This document shows, piece by piece, positions 14,733-27,072 of a stretch of DNA of 64,000 nt. Below the pieces are notes generated by a model. That model had not been told where the DNA came from. It did not search any database and saw only the letters and a program-made list of their open reading frames with translations. Position numbers and translations under genes: made by a program. The DNA comes from the human T2T-CHM13v2.0 reference genome, Homo sapiens, in NCBI RefSeq assembly GCF_009914755.1, contig NC_060930.1; one strand, written 5' to 3'. The number at the start of each line of letters is the position of its first letter. Position 1 is the stretch's first letter.

Positions 14733-15776
14733 AAGCAGTGCGTTTTTTTTTTTGTGTGTGGTGAAATTTTAGTCATTACTTTTGCTATAGTCCAGAGAGC
14801 CTTTGAAATGACACGGTGCTTTGCCTCTGTCTACTTGACATAATATTTGGATATTTGAGTCTTTTCTGTAGTTCTTCAAAATACATGCACATTTACTCAA
14901 AAGTGCTCTTTACTTTATATTAAAGTATGTATTTTAATACTTAAAGAAATGAACATATCCACCTTGTGATAGCTATTTCCACTGCCTTGCCATTTTTGTG
15001 TAATGAATCCATAATATTCATGTATTCAGATTATTGTGCCTTAAATCTTACACCTAAATAATTAACATTTAGTTTTATTTTTTTTCAGCTTTTCACCACA
15101 AAGCACGTATGCTAAAGATATGAAATGGCATTTGATTTTTATAAAGGCTTTTAGTGTAGAAAGACTTTCATAAATGTTGCTAGAAATGTTGAATTCCATT
15201 CATTTCAAATGATAGGTTTATTACTTTGAAATCATCATATATTTGCTAAGTCCTCAGAAGAATTTAAATAAGATATATACTGTTTCCAACTTGGCAATAA
15301 GCCAACCAAAGTGTCATAATGGAAAGCCCCTTTCTACTATCTTGAGACTTGTTTTGCTAATCACCTACTGGGGCTTCCCTACATACATTGTGAGTAATTT
15401 AATCTTATTTATTATGGTTACATAGTCACTCGTAGTCATTATAAAAATATAATAAGAATGGAGTTTTTTTGAGTTTTTCAAGAGTCATTTTTAGCTTAAA
15501 TTATTTTCTCACAGAGATGCTATTTTCCTCCTTTTGTTGAGATATTACACACACCAAAGTTGACAAATCTTAGTGCACAGTGCAGTGAATTTCTATGGAT
15601 ATATTTATACCCCTGTGTAACTACTACTCAGACCTAAATACACATTCTCAAAACCCAGAAGCCTTCTGTGTACCTGCTCCTAGTTAACATTTCACCAAGG
15701 TAGCCACTACACTGACACAGATTAGTTGTATAATCTCTAGAATTTCGTATAAATGGAATTACACAGTATGTATTAA

Positions 15777-16102
15777 TGTTGCAGGACTTTTCCTTAGTTC
15801 AGCTAAAGATGAGTTCCTTGTCCCATGGCCATGAAAATTCAGGCTCACAGACAACTTGAATAGTGAGTAAGACAGGGTTTTATTGGGTGAAAAGGAAGGA
15901 AAGGGGGAAACAGGAACTCTCACTAGGCCAGAGTCCCTGCTAGAGCACTTCCCACCAGGCTGATTGAATCCCAGGTTCCACACAGGAAAGAGGATGGGCC
16001 AGGCTCCTCCCGCTAAAAAGGGTGTGAAGTTCCCAAGGCTCCATCTCAGTGGGCAGCCTGGTTGGAATTTCTCCAAGGACCCCCTCTCACCTGGCTGTCT
16101 CA
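15777..16102 (-). mobile_element. 3' LTR of the MER61-like provirus
   Basis: TG...CA termini; preceded on the minus strand by the PPT AGAGGGAGGAA; AATAAA on the minus strand. Confidence 0.9.
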
Positions 16103-16653
16103 TTCCTCCCTCTAAAGAAGTACATCTAATTGCTCTTAGATTAAGGATAAGGATGAAGACCAATCTTAACTTCTTCCTGCTGACAGGGTGTGCTGTTTTG
16201 GGGAAATGGCAGGTGGAGCTCCCTCAGAGGCCTATCTAAGGTTTCCCAGCAGAAAGGGCCATTGTCAGAGGTTCCAGTTGCATTACCGTTTAGAGTTTGA
16301 TGGCCTGAAGGCAAGAACAGACAAAGCCGGTTATTAGAAAACACGTATCAAAATGAAACAAGGGGAGGGATAAGGCAGCTCAAAAATTCCAAGGCCTTTT
16401 ACCAGTTTGCACAGGGAGACGGAGGCCAAACACCCAACTAGCAAAAAAAAACTTTACTCTTTTGCCAGCATGTTGGGCTTCTGGGTTCCCTTCCCCAGAG
16501 TCCAATCCTAAGCCAACTAGTTTAAGGTTTGGGAAATTAACTCTTTCTAGTTTGAAGGATGCATTTAAGGGGACTGTCCTCTAGTACAAAGACACAATTA
16601 CCTATCAGTGAAGAGAGGACAGAGGAGAAGAAAGGAAAAAAAAAAAGAGAGAG

Positions 16654-16917
16654 CACCTGTAATCCCATCACTTTGGGAGGCTGAGATGGGCAGATTGCCT
16701 GAGGGTCAGGAGTTGGAGACCAGTCTGGCCAACATGGTGAAACCCATGTATACTAAAATTACAAAAAAATTAGCCGGGCGTGGTGGCTTGTGCCTGTAAT
16801 CCCAGCTACTCAGGAGGCTGAGTCAGGGGAATTGCTTGAGTTGCAGTAAGCTGAGATAGCGCCACTGCACTCCATCCTGGTCGACAGAGTGAGACTCTAG
16901 CTCAAAAAAAAAAAAAA
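16654..16917 (+). mobile_element. AluS lacking its first ~18 nt, fused to proviral sequence
   Basis: Starts at cacctgtaatccc; internal deletion in the right arm; poly(A) at 16904-16917; no clear TSD. Confidence 0.92.
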
Positions 16918-17489
16918 GCAGTGTTCCCATTTTTTCTTGTTTATTCACACTTCTGTATTATTTTTGTTTTATTCTTGTCCAGTGTTACTTTACCTTTTTT
17001 TGTTAACTAGTGTTCTTTTTCCCAACCTGATATACTTGATATTCCTTTGTCAGATGTATTGGCAAAGTAGGATGTGTACAGGGGGGCTGAGGGGAACTAG
17101 TAACAAGGAAACAAAGAGCCTTTATTTTTTTAAGAAGCCTTTTTTAAAAAATGCAAAATGCCTAAAGGCTCTTGTTTTGATTCGTTTATGAAAGGAAAAC
17201 AAACCAGTTCTGTATCTATGGTATATTGTTGCTCTTTATCTTCCCCAACTCTAACCTTGAGGAAAGAACTGCCATGAGCTTTGTCACTATTTGTAAAGAA
17301 AATTATTTTTCTTAACGTATGTTGGAGAAGACTGCTAAATAGAACTTGTATCAGACTAGACAGATTTTAATCGTGACTTTACATGCAATAATGATAATAA
17401 TTTCATGTATGATAATTCTGAAGATATGAAGAAATAGGAAAACCAAAGCAGGAAAAATGGACAAGTGATATGTTACAATTTCTCAGGAG

Positions 17490-18660
17490 ACACCACTTGC
17501 TCCCGTTCTCTTTTTATCTCACTCACTATGTGATCTCATCTCTCCTGTGGTTTTGAGAGGTGAAGCCAACTGGACTTCCTGGGTCAAGTGGGGACTTGGA
17601 GAACTTTTCTGTCTAGCTAAAGGATGATAAATGCACCAATCAGCACTCTGTAAAAATGCACTAATCTGCGCTCTATGTCTAGCTAAAGGATTGTAAACGC
17701 ACCAATCAGCACTCTGTAAAAATGTACCAATCAGCGCTGTGTCTAGCTAAAGGACTGTAAATGCACCAATCAGTGCTCTGTGTCTAGCTAAAGGATTGTA
17801 AATACACCAATCAGCTATCTGTAAAAACGCACCAATCAGCGCTCTGTGTCTAAAGGATTGTAAACACACCAATCAGCACTCTGTAAAATGGACCAATCAG
17901 CACTCTGTAAAATGGACCAATCAGCAGGATGTGGGTGGGGAAAAATAAGGGAATAAAAGCTGGCCACCCCAGCCAGCAGTGGCAACCTGGTGGGGTCCCC
18001 TTCCACACTGTGGAAGCTTTGTTCTTTTACTCTTCACAGTAAATCTCGCTGCTGCTCACTCTTTGGGTCCACACCACCTTTAAGAGCTGTAACACTTGCC
18101 GCGAAGGTCCACGGCTTCATTCTTGAAGTCAACGAGACCACAAACCCACCAGAAGGAAGAAACCCTGGACACATCGGAAGGAACAAACTCCAGACACACC
18201 ATCTTTAAGAGCTGTAACACTCACTGTGAAGGTCTGCAGCTTCATTCTTGAAGTCAGCGAGACCAAGAACCCACTGGAAGGAACCAACTCCGGACACAGT
18301 TTTACATAGGATTTATATGTCAGTCACTCCCAAATGTACTTCACAGCCCTCACCTCTCTTTTGAATTCCATTCCTAACTGTCTATTTGATAACTCCATTG
18401 TTTCAATTTCTTAATGGCATGTCAGATTTAACACTTCTAATTTCTCCTCTTTCCCACTACAGATTAACTTACGCCTTGCCAAGTTTTCTTTTATTTTTCT
18501 AGTGGGATTTATTTCAGTCAACTAATCTCCCTCCTCCCTACATTCAATCCCTTATCATCTCCTGTTGGTTCTTGTATCTCTCAATTCCTTCCCATGAAAT
18601 TGAAGATGTTTTCCATTTTCAGTGTCATCTCTAGTCCAAGCTACCATCATATCTGGCATC
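17490..18660 (+). mobile_element. L2 fragment, interrupted by LTR12
   Basis: tgatctcatc...tggtttt|...actcccaaatgtac...agccctcacctctct...aactgtctatttgataactcca...ctagtccaagctaccatcat follow the L2 3' consensus order. Confidence 0.7.
17554..18298 (+). mobile_element. Solo LTR12 (ERV9/HERV9 LTR)
   Basis: TGAGAGGTGAAGCC...CCGGACACA termini, 4-bp TSD GTTT, nine CCAATCAG repeats (17636-17924), tandem U5 repeats (aagagctgtaacact...ttcattcttgaagtca). Confidence 0.95.
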
Positions 18661-18681
18661 ACAGAGTATGGCAGTATGACT

Positions 18682-18862
18682 AAGTTTACCAGGTAAAATA
18701 CAGATGCCCAGTTAAATTTGAAGTTTAAACAATAAATAATTTTTTAGTATAAGTATGTTCCAAATATTGCGTGGGACATACTTGTACTAAAAATATTTTT
18801 ATTTATCTGACATTCACATTTAACTGGGAATCCTGTATTTTATTAGCTATGTTTGGTAATTT
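18682..18862. mobile_element. MER53 palindromic hAT MITE
   Basis: Near-perfect palindrome aaaatacag(g)atgcccagttaaatttgaa...ttcacatttaactggg..tcctgtatttt with a central ttagtataagtatgt/gggacatactt stem. Confidence 0.88.
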
Positions 18863-18919
18863 TATATATGTGAGGGAGAAGAGGTTATTTATTACACAGA
18901 GTGGTCAGGGAAGGCTGCC

Positions 18920-19547
18920 CTCCAACCTCACTGGGCAGGCTGGTTGGAGTTTCTCCAAGGACCCCCTCCCACCTGGCTGACTCATTCCTCCCTCTAAAAA
19001 AGTACATCTAATTGCCATTACATTAAGGATAAGGATGAAGACTGATCTCAACTTCTTCCTGCTGACAGGGGTTGCTGTTTTGGGGAAACGGAAGTCGGAG
19101 CTCCTTCAGAGGCCTATCTAAGGGTTCCTAGCAGAAGGGGCCATTGTCAGAGGCTCCAGTTGCATGACCATTTGGAGTTTGATGGCCTGAAGGCAAGAAC
19201 AGACAAACCCATTTGTTAGAAAACACATATCAACATGAAACAAGGGGAGGGATAAGGACAGCTCAAAAATTCCAAGGCCTTTTACCAGTTTGCACAGGGA
19301 GAGGGAGGCCAAACACCCAGCTAGCGCAAAAAAAAAAAAAAAAAACTTTACCCTTTTGCTAGTATGTTGGGCTTCTGGGTTCCTTTTCCCTGAGCCCAAT
19401 CCTAAACCAACTAGTTTTAAGGTTTGGGAAATTAACTCTTTCTAGTTTGAAGGATGCATCTGAGGGGACCTTCCCATAGTACAGAGACACAATTACCTAT
19501 CAGTGAAGAGAGGACAGATGAGAAGAAAGGAAAATAAGAGGGCACCT
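18920..19547 (-). repeat. Second copy of the proviral 3' end (about 65 bp of U3, the PPT and about 560 bp of internal sequence); direct repeat of 16039-16658
   Basis: Colinear alignment by eye over about 620 bp at roughly 88-90% identity. Confidence 0.93.
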
Positions 19548-21576
19548 TTTAAAGGAGTCCCAGGGATTCAGGATGCATTTGAAAGGGGTACAGACTAAAG
19601 ATGAATGGCTACCCATCTAGAATGAGGGGAGCAGGCATGCCTGGTTTTCTTCTCTTCCTAGCAGATACGTGGGGTACATGAGGGAGAGAGGGAAGAATGT
19701 CCTCTTTCCCTCTTCCATCCTTGCATCCCCAAGTCACAGCGACCTTGGCAGCTGCCGCCATGAGTGCCAAAGTGACTTTCACCCATAAAACAGGAAGGAC
19801 CTAGAGAATAGGAATTATCCACTCTCACCTATGCCTCTATCCTCCAAACTGTCAGTAGCTTTGGAGTTCCCTACACCTCATTTATGCCATGGATATTAAT
19901 GTGGCCTTCATCCATGAAACAGGAAGCTAGGGGTTGGCTTAATCAGCAGGAATCAGCCACACATGCTCACCTGCACTGTACCTTTTAACTTCCATTATTG
20001 TCTGCCTCTGGATCCCTAAGATCCATTTTTCTATCCTAGGGCTTTGACCAGAAGCTTAGAATTGAGTCTGGGATGAAAATTTGTCTTGAGGGAGTTGCAT
20101 GGACTCCTTATCATAAGCTGAATGCTAAGTTAAAACTGTGGAACTGAGTCCTCCTCCAACAAGGGAGGGGAAAGGATGTCTTGTGAGACACCCAGATAAC
20201 TGGTAGCTATAGTTATGCTTGCTAAGATTTGGGTGCATGGTACTTGGCTTTGGTTAGCTTTCTTGGTCTTACTTTCCCAAAAAGGAAACCTCCGAGTGGT
20301 GGGTATCCTATTTATCCCAACTGCCTGGCAGGATTTGCAGGATAATTGCTCAGAACTAGAATATTGATCCAGATTTCTACATTACCCATCCCTTTTGTTC
20401 TTTCTGAGCTGCAGCTGGAGACTGCTGGTTGGTTCACAGGAACAAGCAGGGTTAGCCTAAAATGTAAGCGAAAACTTAAAAACAACTAGTGAGTTTAGAA
20501 TTTAATGACAAATATATGATACGTTTTGAAACATGATTTCTCTCTCTCCAGTCCTCATTTTTATTAAAAAACAAATCATCATAGGACTGAGTGGTTTGCA
20601 AAATAGACTTTACTTTTATACTTGGCCTGATTATTTGCAAAAATACAGCAAGTATAATTATTTTTACATAGGTTTTTTGGATTGGCTTTGATGGAACTCT
20701 GTTCCCCAAGGAATCTCAGATAAGATCTTTTAAAGCTGAGCCCAGCCATGGGTTTATCCTCAAATACCTGTAAGTTGAGTGATCCTCTCCTCTTAAGGTC
20801 CCATAATAAACTTGGAGCTCCTAGATCTGTTAGAAAGTGACATTCTTTACTGACCACAGGTCAGGAACCCTGTACAGGAACTGTGTAGACAAGGGTATGA
20901 GGCAACTGGGCTTCTATCATCCCTGCAAGTTGAGATTGACTCCTTAAAGGGAAGCATACCCTTCCAGTCTAAGCCTTGGTAAAACAACCACTTTCTCCAA
21001 TTGTGTCCTGCCACAAAAGAAAAATGGATTCTTATTCCACTGATGCAAACGGCTATATTACCATAAGTTGAGGATACTCACTGAGAGTTTCCAAATTCTA
21101 CAGGAACCAGGAAGAGAGAAACAAACGTGCTACAAATTTTGTTCATAGGAGTATACCTTACTCAATTATTAAAGGCCGTAAAAGGTTCAAAATAAATTTC
21201 TTCGACTATGAAAACCCAAACAAGGATCAGCAATATTCCAACCAAAAGTCAAATAAGTTGCTTCAGCTTTCTGAGTTCAGTCCATTTAGTTAACTCTTGT
21301 TTTGCTTGATATTCGTGAATGTTTCAGCTTTTCATGAGTCCTGTACTATTTTCCTTTATTCCAAAGGTTACAATTTCTAAAGCTATCATAAACCTATATT
21401 TCAGAGCACCTGTTACAGTTCTATAGCTTATTAGAAACCATCTTTTGAAAAGGATTAAAATAAGACAACAATTGTCTGTGAATAGCAAAATGTCCAGGGT
21501 AATTACAGTTAGAAACACAATTGACAAAAAAGTTTGGTTATCTCCCTAATGGTTTACAGTAACTTAAAATAGCAAC

Positions 21577-22322
21577 TAAGGACTAAGCTCTGATTTTTAT
21601 CTTGCCCAGATTCCTTTCTAAGGAGTCTGGGGAGTCATGCCCTACAAACCATAAATTCTCATCAGATGGGTTTTATTTAACCCTGTATATTGTGACTTAC
21701 TTTCCAATCTGACTGTGGCATAACAAGGAAGAAAATTACAATGTTTTACCCCAAAGTATATTTCCTTGCCATACCTTGAAATTGCCCTGCAAAATCTCTT
21801 GTGGGAAAAGTCCACATTCTATAGAAAATTCTTTCTCCTTTGTTTTCTTTCCTTTGTTTCCAGATCCAAGAGATAATCAACTAACAGCCAGGTACCCTTT
21901 TAGGTCTGATAAACATTTTACAACTCTGCAATCTGAGAGATTCCTCTGCACAATAAAACTTGGTCTCCACAATCCTTTATCTTAGCCTGAACATTCTTTT
22001 CCATTGATCCCAGGTCTTCAGATAAACTCAACCAATTGTCAACCAGAAAATGTTTAAATTTACCTATAGTCTGGAAGCACCACCCCCGCCCCCCACTTTA
22101 AGTTGTCCCACCTTTCTGAACCAAACCAATGTATTTCTTAAATGTATTTGATTGATGTCTCATGCCTCTCTAAAAATATATAAAACCAAGCTGTACCCCT
22201 ACCACCTTGGGCACATGTTCTCAAGACCTCCTGAGGGCTGTGTCACAGGCCACGGTCACTCATATTTGGCTGAGAATAAATCTCTGAAAATATTTTATGG
22301 AATTTGACTCTTTTCATCGACA
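21577..22322 (+). mobile_element. Solo MER4-family LTR (MER4E-like) nested in the provirus in the opposite orientation
   Basis: Starts t(a)aggactaagctctgattttt and ends tttgactcttttcatcgaca as in MER4 LTRs; AATAAA at 22275-22280; TSD not evident. Confidence 0.8.
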
Positions 22323-23497
22323 GTAGTTTCAATTATGTGTTATAATAGTAATTCCTAGCATCTTTAACTTTAAGATAAAACTTGGTAAGTTGCTTTGTGT
22401 GCTAACTGCAGCCAAGGTTTGCTTTCTTCATTAAGGGCCTGGTTATTCCATATGTCCCCAGGCCTTAATAGTTGTGAAGCCAGCAAGTCAAATAGTTCTC
22501 AAAACCCAAAAAGCAGTTTGTAACCTTAAAACACTTAGCAAACCTTGCATCTGATCTGCAGTTTACCAATAATCTCTAAGGCTTTTTTAATTTCTCAAAG
22601 ATTAAAGTCATGTGAACTAAAAGGTACTACAGATTTTATATTCCCTTTAAAAAATATTTGATCTAAGCACTTGTCTTTCTTTAGGCCAAATTAATTAGAG
22701 CTCTTTTGACAGGCATTAAACACAGTACATAGACATGCAGAAGAAAACCCAGTCGCTGGGTGGGGCCCTTTAAAGGACAGGCCTGGGAAAACATGCAGAT
22801 ATCAAACCAGAAAGAAACTTATTCCCTAAGGCAGGATTGCTAAACAAAGCCTTGCCAAGCAGTTACAGGCCATGCCCCCAGGATGTAAAACAAGATGAGG
22901 CTTGCAGCACAAACCACACAGACATGCAAAGCACACCAGATTGGCCACAGCCCAAGACTAGCCCCACAAATCCTGTTTCACAATTAAGCTTTACAGAAAA
23001 AATAAACAGTGATGGTTGGGGGATCTGGCCTAGCAAAGGGGGAAAATATCTTTAAGGCTTAACTGCTGATGGAGTGGAGAGGAGGAAAGAAAAAACATTT
23101 TTTAATGCTTGAGGAAGAACCTCTTATTCTTATACAACTGATTCCTCCACCAGGGAGAAAAGATTAAGCTTAATTACTGTCCAAAAGAGTTAAACCCGTT
23201 AGCCAGGGAAGAGGAAGGCTGTGGCAGCAGTCTGTGGCTGGGAACCAGTCAGCTGGCTGTGGGGGACTTTTGAGCCATGCGTCCTAGCACTGCGTAGGGT
23301 GTGGGGATCGGCATGGAGCTGCTGCTCACCAGTCTGTCCTGAAAAAGGAAAAAAAAGGCCATGAAAAGTCTCCCGACCCCAAGGAGCGACAGGGGGTGGT
23401 GGGGTGGTTTCCCATAAGCTCAGAAGTCCAAGGACGAAAAGGCTTAGAAAGCCACAGTGAGAGGTTTTGTGTTCTCATTTCACTCACCACTTCTTGA

Positions 23498-23516
23498 GCT
23501 CCCACATTGAACACCA
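23498..23516 (-). promoter_or_regulatory. Decayed primer-binding site, tRNA-Lys(CUU)-like
   Basis: Minus strand TGGTGTTCAATGTGGGAGC versus Lys1,2 PBS TGGCGCCCAACGTGGGGC; the differences are mostly C>T transitions; 4 nt from the LTR end. Confidence 0.65.
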
Positions 23517-23520
23517 AAAA

Positions 23521-23847
23521 TGTCGCAGGACTTTTCCTTAATGCAGCTAAAGATGGTGTTCTTTGTCCCATGGCCATGAAAATTCAGGCTTGCAGACAAT
23601 TTGAATGGTGAGTAAGACAGGGTTTTATTGGGTGAAAAGGAAGGAAAGGCAGAAACAGGGACTCTGTCTAGGCCAGAGTCCCTGCTAGAGCACTTCCCGC
23701 CAGACTGTTCAAATCTCATGTTCCACACAGGAAGAGGAAGGGCCAGGGTCCTCCCCACTGCAAAGAGTGTGAGCTTCCCAAGGCTCCACCTCAGTGGACG
23801 GGCTGGTTGGAGTTTCTCCAGGGACCCCCTCCCACTTGGCTGTCTCG
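23521..23847 (-). mobile_element. 5' LTR of the MER61-like provirus
   Basis: Colinear with 15777-16102 (roughly 85-90% identical by eye); followed on the minus strand by the PBS. Confidence 0.9.
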
Positions 23848-24047
23848 TTAATATTTTTTGGGTGAATGACATTTTTCTATTTAATATTATATCTGTGAGA
23901 TTTATCTAGTTGTTGCATGTATCAATAGTTCATTCTTTTTTATGGCTATACAGTTTTTCATTGTATATGCCACAATTTAATTATCTTGCTCCTTCTTGTT
24001 GATAAACATTTTGGTTGTTTCTGGTTTTAGACTATTATGTGTAACGC

Positions 24048-24796
<749 letters not shown>

Positions 24797-25588
24797 ATCT
24801 TCAGTGCTTTAATTTTAGCCATTTAGTGATATCTCACTGTGGTTTCACTTTGCATTTCCTTGATAACTAATGATGTTGAGCACCTTCTCATATGTGGGTT
24901 GAACATTTGGATATTCTCTTTTTTGAAGTGTTTAAATCTTTTTGCACATTTTTAGAATAAGATTTTCAAGCTTTTTTTGTTATTGATTTCTGAGAGTTCA
25001 TTGTATATTCTAGAAATGATACTTTATTGCATATTTGGACTGGAGGTAACTTCTCCTAATTTATGGCTTGACTTTTTACTCTTTTAGTGTTGCCTTTTGA
25101 GTAAAGATGTTAATTTTAATGAAGTTCAACTTAGCAATCTCTTCTTTTGTGATTAATGGTTTCTGTGTTCTTTTCAAGACATCTTTGCTATCCCAAGTTC
25201 ATGAAGACTTTGTTGTCTTGTGGATGCTTTACTGTTTTACCTTTCATATTTATTTCTATGATTATCTTTAGTTAGTTTTTGTGCATGGTGTGAAATAAGG
25301 TTCAACATTCAGTGTTTTTCTGTATGGATATTCTGTTGACCCAGCACCGTTTAGTAAAATGACCATCCATTTCCCACTGAATCAAGTGGCCTTTCTGTGG
25401 TAAATAAGGAGACCATACGTTTTGGGTTATGTTTGTGTTTTTCCATATGTGTACCAACCCCACAGTATAAAAAAATTTATATCTGATAGTTTAAAGTTCT
25501 CTAGCTTATTCTTCTTTAATTTTGCCTTTTACTATTTTAGCTTGTTTTCTGTAGTTTCATGTAAATTTGAGAATCAGCTTGTCAGTTT

Positions 25589-25612
25589 TACACACACACA
25601 CACACACACACA
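25589..25612. repeat. (CA)n microsatellite, about 12 units
   Basis: Direct reading. Confidence 0.9.
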
Positions 25613-26829
25613 CCCCATACTGTTGGGATTTTAATTGGCATTGCTCTGAATCTAGAGATAAAACCAAGAACTAACATCTTAACAATTTTAAGTCTTGCAT
25701 TCTAAGCATTTTGTTTATCCCTTCAGTTATTTAGGTCTTTAATTTCTCTCAGGCATGTTTTATAGATTTTAGTGTTCAGATCTTGAATGAGGTGCTTGGG
25801 TTTTATAAAAGTGACTATTAATCCGAATCATTAATTGGTAATGTTTACAAAATCTCTAATAATTTTACTATTATTTAGAGCCTGCAATTGTATTAAGAGT
25901 TCTGAGATAGCAATTTTCCATATTAGCTAAGTAATATCTAAAAGTACTCAGTGCTATAATTTCACTTACTTTACAAATTGTGTTCAAAATGTTTTTTGCA
26001 GTATATTTGCTTCTTATTTTTAAATTTGATTAAGTGGTAGCATTATTTAGAATCTGATTTATTTTCTGGTTAAATATATTAAGATGATACCCTCTCACCA
26101 TGCCTGAGGTCTGTGATATATTTGTTAAATGAAGGGGGAACTGGTGAATCGGCAATTTCAATTTGGTTTTAAGTAGTTTATCTCCTCTCTATATTAAAAA
26201 CTTCTTAGTTATTAAACCCAAACATCAATTTTAGACATAGAGAATTAAAGTTGTGATTGCATGATGCCAAAATATTTAATCAATTTAGTTTAAAATGTTA
26301 AACTAATGGTCTTAACTGTCCAGTTGTACAGTTATCTTGGCACAATTCAAAAATTGGCTGTAATTTTGTCTGAATTAACTGAATTAGCCTGATTCAATTT
26401 AAACATGTCCTAAGACGTTGAAAAATTGGTGTGTGCATATCCATTACTGTATTAGTGTGTAGTGGTAGTATTAAACATGTACATTCACTGAGTTGAGACT
26501 ATCTTTTATTTCTTTGAATATCACTAAGTGCTGTAGCACATAAGTACACTTTCTCAATGATTTTATTTCTTTTTTTAAAATTATAGGCCACTTTTGTATG
26601 GTAGAGATCTTTGCTTTTTAAATTTTATTTTAGTAACTTCCATATATGTTGCCTTTAGTTTTTAAAGTTTCATATCAGCCAACACCAAAACTTGAATTAA
26701 AGTTGTGATAAAATATAGTAGTAGTTCACTTGTTTTACTATTGTACTTTGAATACGAAAGTTTAACGATGTTAAAACTAGCTTATTTCCAAATGTCAAGG
26801 ATACATAAAGTGTTCAAATAATAGTTATA

Positions 26830-26960
26830 ATAATAATGGCTAACACTAACAAGTATTCACTGTGAACCAAGCAGTGTTCTTAGCACTCTACATAAGTAAC
26901 CACATGTAACCCTCACAAAAACACTGAGGTGGTTAATGTTCTTATCCTCATTTTACAGAA
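26830..26960 (-). mobile_element. MIR fragment
   Basis: aataatggctaacact...aaccctcacaa...tatcctcattttacag, the antisense MIR core. Confidence 0.6.
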
Positions 26961-27072
26961 ATTTAATAAATGGTTTAATTTATTTCCATTTTATCTTAAG
27001 TTTCTGATTGTACTGTGTAATTAAAATTCATACATAATGCAAATCCTCTATGCTTTTTTTCTTTTTAAATAG

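Larger units (their letters stand above)
15777..23847 (-). mobile_element. Defective ERV1 (MER4-group, MER61-like) provirus with two LTRs
   Basis: Homologous ~326-bp LTRs at both ends, 4-bp TSD TTAA (15773-15776 and 23848-23851), PBS next to the right LTR, polypurine tract next to the left LTR; no long retroviral ORFs. Family name from a recalled consensus start (TGAGACAGCCAGGTGGG...). Confidence 0.88.

Noticed and set aside
17600-17930. Regularly spaced CCAATCAGC repeats resembling a CRISPR-like array
   Set aside because: The intervening segments are themselves repeated; this is the known U3 enhancer repeat of LTR12.
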